A DNA stretch of 50,941 bases from Sphaeroforma arctica JP610 (taxonomy: Eukaryota): positions 34,561 to 85,501 of the forward strand of contig NW_014040521.1 of NCBI RefSeq assembly GCF_001186125.1, in the 5' to 3' direction. Of this stretch, positions 1-11,055 are shown piece by piece; position 1 is the stretch's first letter, and each line of letters opens with the position of its first letter. Made by a program: the position numbers and the translations under genes. The notes beneath the pieces were generated by a model that was given only the letters and a program-made list of their open reading frames with translations, made no database searches and was not told where the DNA came from.

Positions 1-364
1 CATCTCGCTACCGAAGTATTCAGATATACATAAAGTTGGAAAGTAAATATAGTTCTATTGATAGAACTAGACCAACTCTTATGTTTGGAATTTTACTGGG
101 GCCTTTTAATGGCTTCGTCCAAATATCTGATATGTATAATGGAAAAAGTATTAATTAGTAAAATCATTAAAAACCATTTAGGAAACTTAAGTTCCTTGTA
201 CTATTAAGAGTACGCTTTTAGTATACGTACTACTTAAGAGTACGTTTATAACATAGTCTAATGTAGAGGCCCGGCTATTACAACTAAAAGTCTCATTTCG
301 TTTATTTACTTTAAAATTTTCACGATACTTAGAATTTACCTAGGCGTTTATTTACTCTAAGGTG

Positions 365-1483
365 TTAATATCGCCTTGATAGACCGAATCTTACAACTTT
401 GCGTTCAAAATCCTGAAGTTGTGTTTCTAGCGGCACCGAAGTGTTTAACTTCATGCAAGCCAATACATTTCGGTATGCATTATCCTCCAGGCCTTGTTCG
501 TGTGTGCGTACAATATAAGCAGTGCCGTCCTGATACGACATGGACTGCAATTTTTGTTCATTCTCCACGATAAAATCCAATTGCGCCTTTGTTGCTCTTT
601 CTTTCTGTAGCGCCCTATAGAGGCCCATCTGCATATGAATCGGGTCTAATTTATGAAATTTTGCAGTTTTATGCCAATCCAAAATAAACGCATGTAGCTG
701 TATCTTCTACGAATTTTCCAAATAATAGCTGCCCTGTGGTTTAGGTGGCCTTTTCTTGGGTATCCGTCTATCTATCATTATTGAGCAAGTCTTCAGTGTC
801 TCGTTAGTTGTGCGAATTAAGCCCTTCAACGAACGAGCGTCCTCGGTGCGGCCCTCAGCTTCTGCTTGCGTCGTATTTTGGGTGAGAAGGAATACCTGCC
901 TTTTCATCTCTGCCGCGGTAGATTCAGTAATGCACGCCTCAGTAGGTGACGATATCTTACACCGTTTCATATAATGCGGGTCTTCTAGATAGCGATCGTG
1001 GTGAACAGAAAAGTGCTTACGGTATGCAAGCGTATCGATAGGTACATTTGCTTTATCCTGGCATTTCTCCTTCCTTTCTCCTGGAGATTGCGGACGACGA
1101 TGCTGTTGTGATTTGTCCCTGAATAAATTCGCTGCCACTTGACCGTGAGTAGGCTGTTGGCGTGGAGATTTCATCGCTCTGCAAAATGCCTCAAAGAACC
1201 GCTTCGCCGAAAATGACAAATTTTGAGGAGTAGCCATGTCCAAATGTAAGTCCGCTGGGTCCAAAAACATTCTACCAGGCGATTTCACCAAAGTTGTCGA
1301 TTCCTGATACCAATCCGGACCATCAGCCGGCATCTTATCAGGAGTCGGAATTGTCTGGGCTTGGTTTCGAGCGTTCTTCAGCAATCGCTCTCTGCGCGTA
1401 ATGTTTACATTCTCGTAAGGAGCCACTTGAGGCACAGGCTTCGTGCGGCCTATCCTGCGCTTCACCGGGCTAATTTGCTTCAT
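365..1483 (-). pseudogene. Intronless ~372-codon ORF of unknown function interrupted by one in-frame TAG (707-709)
   Basis: ORFs 707..1483 and 365..682 are in the same frame and read ...YYLENS*KIQLHAFILDWHKTAKF.... No recognisable domain. Confidence 0.5.
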
Positions 1484-2817
1484 GTTGATAGCCCCGCTTT
1501 TGTAAACTTCGATGGAAATTACTAGGTTTCAAACTATATTAAACTAAAATACAATTTAGTCAGTTAGGATTTAGCAGTGGTAGCTTGTGTAAGAATGATC
1601 GGGACTGCCTCTTGTTAAGAGCCTAAATATCCTCGATCACACAGGGCGTACCTCTAGCTGTTCTTTATTGAACAATTTTCATTAGAAGTACTAAGTGTTC
1701 ATGACCACATGCCTAATTTGTAGATAGACATAATAACGTTAGTCACTTTAATACATTAGCTGATATAAATAAAGTTCCATCTGAAGAAAAGTTAAAAAAG
1801 AAAAAGACTTATTGGATTTTGGAGATTNNNNNNNNNNNNNNNNNNNNNNNNNNNNNNNNNNNNNNNNNNNNNNNNNNNNNNNNNNNNNNNNNNNNNNNNN
1901 NNNNNNNNNNNNNNNNNNNNNNNNNNNNNNNNNNNNNNNNNNNNNNNNNNNNNNNNNNNNNNNNNNNNNNNNNNNNNNNNNNNNNNNNNNNNNNNNNNNN
2001 NNNNNNNNNNNNNNNNNNNNNNNNNNNNNNNNNNNNNNNNNNNNNNNNNNNNNNNNNNNNNNNNNNNNNNNNNNNNNNNNNNNNNNNNNNNNNNNNNNNN
2101 NNNNNNNNNNNNNNNNNNNNNNNNNNNNNNNNNNNNNNNNNNNNNNNNNNNNNNNNNNNNNNNNNNNNNNNNNNNNNNNNNNNNNNNNNNNNNNNNNNNN
2201 NNNNNNNNNNNNNNNNNNNNNNNNNNNNNNNNNNNNNNNNNNNNNNNNNNNNNNNNNNNNNNNNNNNNNNNNNNNNNNNNNNNNNNNNNNNNNNNNNNNN
2301 NNNNNNNNNNNNNNNNNNNNNNNNNNNNNNNNNNNNNNNNNNNNNNNNNNNNNNNNNNNNNNNNNNNNNNNNNNNNNNNNNNNNNNNNNNNNNNNNNNNN
2401 NNNNNNNNNNNNNNNNNNNNNNNNNNNNNNNNNNNNNNNNNNNNNNNNNNNNNNNNNNNNNNNNNNNNNNNNNNNNNNNNNNNNNNNNNNNNNNNNNNNN
2501 NNNNNNNNNNNNNNNNNNNNNNNNNNNNNNNNNNNNNNNNNNNNNNNNNNNNNNNNNNNNNNNNNNNNNNNNNNNNNNNNNNNNNNNNNNNNNNNNNNNN
2601 NNNNNNNNNNNNNNNNNNNNNNNNNNNNNNNNNNNNNNNNNNNNNNNNNNNNNNNNNNNNNNNNNNNNNNNNNNNNNNNNNNNNNNNNNNNNNNNNNNNN
2701 NNNNNNNNNNNNNNNNNNNNNNNNNNNNNNNNNNNNNNNNNNNNNNNNNNNNNNNNNNNNNNNNNNNNNNNNNNNNNNNNNNNNNNNNNNNNNNNNNNNN
2801 NNNNNNNNNNNNNNNNN

Positions 2818-3346
2818 CTGACCGGAGGCCATATTTTTACACTTTCAGGTGACTGGTCGGTTGGTGGCGAGTCTGTCTGTGTTGGGTATTGAGGTGCCCA
2901 ATGCTGTTGCACTGTTGGTTCGGCTCCAGTCTCAGAAAAATCATCATCAACTGTCGCCTGGGCCGTGTCCTGGGGCATAGACGTGTCGATATCTGTCAGG
3001 GACAATTGACAGAGTTGCTCTTGAATGAGGCGACTCTTTTCCTTTGCATCCCTCACATGCATGATTGTATTCAAGTGTCCTAGTTGATCCGCAATCCATG
3101 CTGGGGCTTGGCTAAGCCTACCCAAGCTTCGAATTGAGTACTGAGCCTCCAAAAGCAAATGAGTCAATTCCGATTGGATTCCCACCTTCTCGTCGTCTTC
3201 GGGTGCAGATTACTTGGCACGTGCTGTATCCACCTTATCGCATAGCTAGGTGAAATGGCGAATCGTTCCAAGCAACCGTTTTAGCAGCTGGTCACACGCT
3301 TGCTTTTAGCCACCGTAGGCAACGGTCTAGTCTCGGGTCTCGTCAT
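2818..3346 (-). pseudogene. Disrupted intronless ORF running into the assembly gap
   Basis: ATG near 3346 after a T-rich leader (MTRPETRPLPTVAK). An apparent frameshift leads into DQLLKRLLGTIRHFT*LCDKVDTARAK*SAPEDDEKVGIQSELTHLLLEAQY..., which stays open until the gap at 2817. Confidence 0.4.
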
Positions 3347-3512
3347 CGTTGTAAAAAATAAAAATAAAAATAAACTAAGTTGCCTTTTAGTTGATTTAAC
3401 CTTTAAAGAACGTATTATAATAAAGACAGTAGTTCGGTCACTTAAAAATGTGGTTAAAGCCAAGTAACACTTAATAAATAACGTTAAGTCTGGAAAAAGT
3501 GAACTACTATCT

Positions 3513-3650
3513 AGCCCGATCCTCGGATCACAATTAAATCCTCTCAGGCCCGATCCTATGGCTCGGTCCTAAATAAATTCTCTTAGGTCCGGTCCTCTGG
3601 TCCGGTCCTAGATTCCTCATATCGGCCCTGTCCTCTGGTCCGGCCCTACA
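3513..3650. repeat. Degenerate ~38-39 bp tandem units, each containing a doubled GGTCCGGTCCT-like motif
   Basis: Units read ggcccgatcctatggctcggtccta / ggtccggtcctctggtccggtccta / ggccctgtcctctggtccggcccta, separated by short AT-rich spacers. Confidence 0.75.
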
Positions 3651-3986
3651 TCTCCGTCTACGGTACTTTGTCCACAAAGGATCGGTGCCAAGACCGAGTA
3701 CCGACCCCGTAGTCTTTTAATCAAGAGTCTCGGAGTCCCTGGCCCTCGTGTCATTGAGTGACATGTGTATCCTTGCTCTACGTTGTCCTCAATGTAAGAC
3801 CTGGTGATACCATCCGCTACTATTTATTACTACCGGGTCACCAATGAAGGTCCAATATAAGCGTAGTAAAACCATACGAAGCTTGTATCGGACAACTTAA
3901 ACTACAACATAAAATGTAAATGGGGGTTTCCTTAATAAGGTTTTTTCCCCTGTTCATGAATTAGTCATGACAGAAATATTTCTATA

Positions 3987-4065
3987 TAGCACTTATTCTA
4001 AGCTCTTATAATTGACAGTCTAACAATTTTTTAGCACTTATTCTAAGCTCTTATAATTGACAGTC
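3987..4065. repeat. Exact 34-bp direct repeat with an 11-bp spacer
   Basis: TAGCACTTATTCTAAGCTCTTATAATTGACAGTC at 3987-4020 and 4032-4065. Confidence 0.95.
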
Positions 4066-4801
4066 ATTTTTTTTTACCCACGTCCATACAGTATAAAAAT
4101 TACATGATGAAATTTTTTTTTCTCGCACAGGTAAATAACTAAATATATATTTAAAAAAAATATATACACCGTACGGCGTATTATCTATACTTTGTTACAA
4201 ATTTTCTAATTTTTACACAATTGTCGGAGAATTGTCAGGAAAGCGTAAAACTTTCCAATGCGTATATTTATGTAAATATATATATAAATATTATAATAGA
4301 TCACACTGATATTTAGTACGTTTTCATTTTCGTGTTCTCTCGACGAACTATTGTTTTTGTGTTTTAAAAAAACCACAACAAAAAAACTGAAGTCGGACTG
4401 TAGTCTGTTTGTGATAAATGAAATTTCTTTCGCGACGAACCGGTTGAAGTATAGATGGTTCAGATAAGAAGATCCTCCTTCACGGCTTCACCCCCAACAG
4501 ACAGAGAGACTCGTGAGATGATATTTTTTTAACACCATCACCATCAAACAGATGATACATATCGATAAGCCTACAGCTGAGAAAGAGTAGGAGTCAATAA
4601 GTTTTTGAAGCTCAAGCTCAAAGCATACTTAATTTTAGATATTTTGCATATTGGCCCGTGCACATACTTGCAAGCAGTGCCAAAATTAGTCACATATTCA
4701 CACACTCACTCTAATACCCACACGAGGAAGTTCACAAGTAATCGTCACCTATAACTTTATAAGGCACGTCAATAGCCCAGTAGCCACAATCATATATCGC
4801 A

Positions 4802-7333
4802 ATGGTGAACTGTAATGACGACGGACTCAATCGAGTGGATGTAAACGAAATCCACTTGGCAGAAGCTACGGCTTTTGTAGATCAGATCAACAACTTCCTA
4901 CGTCATGATGAGCACCTCAAAGCGAAGAAGATGATACCCATCGACCCACCTATGAAGGTAAGTTTTACAATCTTAAATCCTTGTGCTATATTCTTTGATA
5001 CGTCAGTGGTATATCTACAATATGTAGCTGGGTCTAGTCCGGCGAGAATTTGTCCATCGCAATATTCGCCTCCATTGTGTAACATCCGGTATGGGTAGAA
5101 ATAGGGGTGAAGGAGTCCATATTATCACTGAAGTAGACATCTACCGTAGTGAAGAACACATGATTGAACTGATAGCAAGATGCAGCAAACAAAACTAGTC
5201 TGTACTGTACGCACCGTCCAATGCATTTCTGTTTTGACATCATGTTACAATGTATGAAATGATTCTCACCTAACCCGAACGATATCTTCTCGATTTCTCG
5301 AAATCGTATTTTACGGAAGAACATTTAAACATGTTGGGGTAAAAGGTATTTACATACAAGCATACTGATCGACGGTGTTTCCATGCTTATTCCGATCTGT
5401 GCCTGTCATCGTTCTGTTGTCGGATACTTATGTCCAGCCCCATAACTAATACCAGATATGGCTACAGCGTCGACCTGTACGAAAATACCTGAACGTGTAT
5501 TCGTAAATGTCTATGTCGTAAGCACTCAACATTAAGTGTAGTGCTACGGCTGCATGTCAGGTAGCAGCGATTGTATTCTAAAAACCGATAAACTGGCTTT
5601 GTCCTAGTCTAGTAGATAGAGTGCAAGGTAATAAACCGTACTGTGCTAGTTGTAAGACGCTTAAATTGCACTACACTTCAGCCTATACCGGTTGAGAATA
5701 AACCACTTCCTAGTATAAGACCGCGAAGTCTTGATATTTTGAAATAATCGCATTTCAGATCAGCTTAAGGCATAAGTTCTGAACCAAAAGCGGAAAGTTT
5801 GCCCTTCTCTTACACCAATTATTTTACCTCTTCGTACACAGTTATTCGAGCGTACAAATGATGGAGTCCTGCTGCTCAAATTTATCAACAAGATTGCTCC
5901 TGGAACAATTAAAGAGAAAGATATTAAACTCGATGTAGATGTCACACGCCTGAAGACGCCAGGCGCTAAGGATGCATGGGAAATCGCCGAAAATAACAAT
6001 CACGTAGTTGCTGGCGCAAAGAGCCTGGGTTGCAAAGTGGTGAACATTGGGTCTGAAGACATATTGAGTGGAAGTGTTGACTTGACATTAGGCCTGGTGT
6101 GGCAGTTAATCCGTGCATACTTAATGAAGTCCGTCAATCTTGCGAGTCACCCTGAATTGATTCGCCTTCTGAAACCCGGAGAAAACATCCTGAAGCTGAT
6201 GAATCTGAGCTCGGAAGAAGTAATCCTCCGTTGGTTCAACTACCATCTAGGTCGGGTATGTTATTGAGCATATTTGCGCCAAGTTTTTGCTTTGCAAACA
6301 AATAATTAGTTAAGTTTTTTGAGTGTATTGTTTTGTGTGTGTGTTCAAGGGCATGTTCGCACTTTTGCAGGAAATGGGAATCGCGGTACTGACACTGCAA
6401 GTTTTTTAATTCCAAACCTACAGTCAGACACAGAGAAGCGAATCAAAAACTTTGGTTCTGATACAAAGGATTGTGAGGCATGGGTTCATCTGCTGAAACA
6501 AGTATGCGGGCGGGAAGCGGTAGACGCTGGTATCGACGAGGTTATGTCGATTGCAGATCCTGAGAAGCGTGCCGCTAAGCTTTTGGAATGCGCTGGCTAC
6601 CTAGATTGTCGCGACTTCACAAGCCCCAAAGATATCGTGAAAGGACACGGTCGCTTGAACTTGGCATTCACGGCTACAATATTCAACGAGTATATTGGTA
6701 TGTGCCCGTATTTATATATATCCTCGCAACTTGTATACAGTTTATATATATTCTCATTTGTATATAGTAATAGTAATAATNNNNNNNNNNNNNNNNNNNN
6801 NNNNNNNNNNNNNNNNNNNNNNNNNNNNNNNNNNNNNNNNNNNNNNNNNNNNNNNNNNNNNNNNNNNNNNNNNNNNNNNNNNNNNNNNNNNNNNNNNNNN
6901 NNNNNNNNNNNNNNNNNNNNNNNNNNNNNNNNNNNNNNNNNNNNNNNNNNNNNNNNNNNNNNNNNNNNNNNNNNNNNNNNNNNNNNNNNNNNNNNNNNNN
7001 NNNNNNNNNNNNNNNNNNNNNNNNNNNNNNNNNNNNNNNNNNNNNNNNNNNNNNNNNNNNNNNNNNNNNNNNNNNNNNNNNNNNNNNNNNNNNNNNNNNN
7101 NNNNNNNNNNNNNNNNNNNNNNNNNNNNNNNNNNNNNNNNNNNNNNNNNNNNNNNNNNNNNNNNNNNNNNNNNNNNNNNNNNNNNNNNNNNNNNNNNNNN
7201 NNNNNNNNNNNNNNNNNNNNNNNNNNNNNNNNNNNNNNNNNNNNNNNNNNNNNNNNNNNNNNNNNNNNNNNNNNNNNNNNNNNNNNNNNNNNNNNNNNNN
7301 NNNNNNNNNNNNCTATACTATACTACTACTACT

Positions 7334-7412
<79 letters not shown>

Positions 7413-9611
7413 TATATATGTATATATATATATAAATATATATATATGTATTGTTGGTATATTTATTTTGGGAAGTCATGCTGAATAGAATAGTCAGCTG
7501 AGTTTCAACACATTCCAATACCTATAGGAATCCGTCTACCCACCGAGGATGAGATTGACGCAATCTATGAAGAACTTGAAGAGGTAAAAAAAAAACTGGG
7601 TGAATGTCGGGAAGGATGCAAGCATCTATGCGATCATGTACTCGAGTTGGAGCGATCGAAGGCTGCATTGGAGGAGCTTATCAAAGAGTTGGAGGCGAAG
7701 ACAGAGAACATTGATCAGCAATGCATAATCAAAAACCAAGAGTACAAGAACATCAAGAACACAAAGAATGGTGAGGTTGAGCGTTTGACGGATATCCTAA
7801 AGGAGAAGGTAATTTCATTTCTACTTTTATTCTTAGTTTTTGACTTCAAAGAAGAGGGCATTTATTCAAATATGGAAATATGATCAGGACGACAAAATAT
7901 TGCTGAAGATAGGCGGTTTCTGTTGTCGAGTTGTCAAAAACCGCATTTGAGGTGAGTATAATATGACTGAAAAGTATGTGTGCAATGATAGTTTCACTCC
8001 AGTGCATTGCTGATAATGTATTCATAAATTTTCTATTTAGACTGGAAAGGCTCAGACAGCCGGAGAAGAAATTGAATCTTCGCGCTTCAACTTTGCAAAG
8101 CTAGAGGCGGAGAAGGCGAGCGTCATTCATGAACAGATTGCGCGCATTCAAGTTCTTGAGGAAGAACTTCGACTATTGGCTATCGAATCAGAGGACTTAA
8201 CAGGTATGTGATACAGCCTTAGATGGAAGTGCAAACACTAGTGAACCCGGATTTACGGTTATAAAGCTCATATTTCAAAAGCGTAGCGATGTGAATTTTA
8301 CTAGGCATGTATTGACATATCTTGAATTTGACGGGTTTACAGCACAAATTGAGGGCAAGGGATCAGATATCTCGAGCATGACCGAGAAGCTATTGAGGAC
8401 ACAGGCAGCCAGTGGTGATAAGTCACGGTTAGTTCAAGACCACGTTGATAGTTGCAACGCGGCTATCAGACAACACGCCAGCAACTTGTCCGACGAGTTC
8501 AAGGCCCAGGTTGGTACCAAGCCTAACAACAATGCAACCAAGTCCGCAGACAGCGCTGAGGGCGATGATGTTTCGTCAGAAGTGGGTGCCGATACTACTG
8601 TTACCGCAAAGCCTACACCTGAAGATGGTGAAGATGAGGAATACCGAGCGCTCAAGGAGAACCATGACATGCTTGGGTCGCTGTTGAAAGCATATTCAGC
8701 GGAGATTGAAGCGGTAGCGGAAGGCTTTGACAAGCTGAAAGCTCAAGAGAAGGATAGACTCAACCAAATTAACAAGGCCGTCGAAGAGTTCCTTGGCGAG
8801 GGTCAGACAGCAGTTGGTAAGTATACTTTGTGGTCAGAAACATATTGATTGATATTCATGTATCGATATTAAAATATTAAATTATACATATTGATATGTC
8901 TTCGATATATTGATATTTCTTTGCAGTATGGGTGCACGAGGCGAATTTCACTTTACTGACATCTTTTTGTTTGTGTTAGACTTTATCCATATACGTGTTG
9001 GCGATCAAGGTGTGCTTTTATATTTAGCAGATGCAAGTACAGTTGGAAATGTAGTACGTAGAATACTTTTCGTTGCAACTTTGCTGATATTGACATAACT
9101 TTACGTGCCAACAATCGTAGGTGATGGTATCGCCAACATGAAACGTCTGCTAGAATTGATGATGGAGAAATGTAAGAAGCAAGCCATCCAGATTGCAACT
9201 TTGGAGAAGAGAATCGACCAGAAGAACCAAATGAATGTAAGACGCCCGAGCCCACGATTTTTTTGTATACTATATTCAGCATGCCACTTGCCGTCCTTAA
9301 ATTACATGTTTCCAGCACGTACCAGCACGTATATTTTAGATCAATACCAAACATTTAAAATCACTGTCGTTAATTTAGATCAATGCCACGTACGCACCCT
9401 TCCGGGTATATCTTGTTGTTGGTGTAGTTCAGTTGCAATTCGGGCGTGTAAAAGTTGCTTTTCCATTTTGTTTAATACAATCTTTCGCTTGCCTGTACAG
9501 GATCTTATGGCCGACAAAGTCCGTGTTATCGTTGAGCAGAAGATGTTCCAAAACAGCAAACGACCCAGCAAGAAGAAGGGGTTGGGTGTCAAAACTGCTG
9601 GCGCTCAATAA
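4802..9611 (+). CDS. Fimbrin/plastin-type single actin-binding domain (CH1-CH2) fused to a coiled-coil tail, ~662 aa, 8 exons
   Basis: Exons 4802-4957, 5842-6255, 6424-6697, 7528-7808, 8041-8203, 8343-8816, 9121-9236, 9501-9611 (all GT..AG, phase-consistent, 1989 nt). Fimbrin ABD1 motifs: AFVDQINNFL..D, LF....DGVLLLKFINKIAPGTI, GCKVVNIGSEDIL.G..LTLGLVWQLIR, HPELIRLLKPGE, LSSEEVILRWFNYHL, DIVKGHGRLNLAFTATIFN. The C-terminal ~380 aa is E/K/L-rich and helical-looking. Confidence 0.85.
7313..7450. repeat. Intronic (TAC)n/(CA)n/(TA)n microsatellite next to gap 6781-7312
   Basis: Directly visible. Confidence 0.95.
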
Positions 9612-11055
9612 TCTATTTTCGAAGTGCTGTCATCAGTTATTTACACTAAGCTGTAGTGCGCTCAGCCTGCTTAGTATTTGTAGAAAAAGAATACTATTTG
9701 AAGAGCAACTACGTATCGCTGATATCCCTTGTATGGGTGCTTGGCTCAGTGAGCAGGCGTTACGTATTCGGAAGTGACGGCATCTTCTTGGGTCGGATCC
9801 GGTGGTTTACTAGGATTTGTAGTATTCTATGGTGACATAGTCATACCTTACTGTGCAAAGATGAAATTCAGGCATGGATATGAATAAAGTCTGTATACAA
9901 CGCAGTCATTGGTAACAAATTGTCATACAAATATCCATTGCCCTCGCATGCACAGTGCTGATTACATGGTAGGGAGTTTAAAATACCCATTTCAGAAGCC
10001 CTCTAGGTATCCACGCTCCAAAAGGACCATTAATATCATACAGATATAATTTTTCGCGCGAGATTTCATTGGTCATGTAGCAACATATGCTCGCTTGCGT
10101 TCTAAGATATTAGCCTTTTATTGCTTTAGTTGTGTCTCGCTGACGCGGGAAGCTAAACTTTGATTCCCTGTATTTTGGCTATTTGTTTCAGAAGCATTGC
10201 TAATACAACGCGAACATTGCATCCGTTTTCGATTTGCCTTTCCTCGTGGTGTAATCAAATTTGTATCGTATATCCTGGTTTCTAGTACTGATGGATGTAT
10301 TCCAAGCTACTGATATGTGTATTCCAAGTGACAAAGACGATATCTATCTCCGAACCCTGAAAGGGAAAGTAGATATTCCATGTCGACAAGGATGCTTGCG
10401 GCTGAAAATAGACTATCGACTATCGTGTTTCACAACCCTAGCTCAGCTTCGTTGCGTATATATGTATATTGTAACTCACAGCGCACTAGATTAGCCGACC
10501 GCTTCGCATTAGACAGATTTCCACATAATTCACATCACTCATTATGCTCAGTGTGTGCGGACTGGGATGATATGTGAATATGACTGACTCTAACCTGATA
10601 TGCGTGTAACTCAGCCTGTGCCTCGACGTAGGTGTACGTACGAACTCTAAAAGTGCGAAATCGCTCTCTTCCGTCCGGTATGGTTATTTGCTATTCTAGC
10701 ATAGAAAAAGCACGTACATAGACTTCATAGCGGTCACCCAACACCTGCGATGCATAAGAAATGCGCTGGGATTTTCTGATGCGTGCTGCTGTATGCTGCT
10801 CCAAACACTGTGAAAACCAATTTCTTGATTACATTGGTTTGGCGGACCATTGTACCCTGTATTATCATACAGTGTAGCTTCCTTGCGTAGTGGTCCTTTA
10901 CGGAGTTTTGCAGTTATGAGCGCTCAAATATGTTAGTCACTCAAATCTCAATATTCACGGTTGTTTATATTAGGCCTCGGATGCGGCATTTCCAGCGTTC
11001 ATCGACTGTTATATGCACATGCGTTGACCGGCCCTTTGCACCAAAATTCGACAAT

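Larger units (their letters stand above)
365..3909 (-). mobile_element. Putative decayed mobile or selfish element of unknown class (intronless ORFs, subterminal repeats, 990-N gap inside)
   Basis: Intronless minus-strand ORFs with in-frame stops in an otherwise intron-rich genome. Internal gap 1828-2817 suggests a collapsed repeat. GC-rich repeats at 3513-3650. The + strand ends ...ACTACAACA at 3909 (TGTTGTAG on minus, LTR-start-like). No RT, integrase or transposase motif is visible, so class and boundaries are inferred. Confidence 0.35.

Noticed and set aside
1792..2892. Long poly-X ORFs
   Set aside because: Artefacts of translating the N gap 1828-2817.
700..3300. Alternative genetic code (TAA/TAG=Gln) to explain in-frame stops
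   Set aside because: Host genes here terminate with TAA/TAG and have none internally, and the element also shows a frameshift, so decay is the simpler explanation.
3513..3650. Repeat-spacer pattern as a CRISPR array
   Set aside because: Repeats are degenerate, spacers are only ~13 bp, no cas genes are present, and the context is eukaryotic.
3803..3812. TGGTATCA (minus) as a tRNA-iMet primer-binding site
   Set aside because: Only 8 nt match TGGTATCAGAGC, it does not follow a CA LTR end, and no second LTR is visible.
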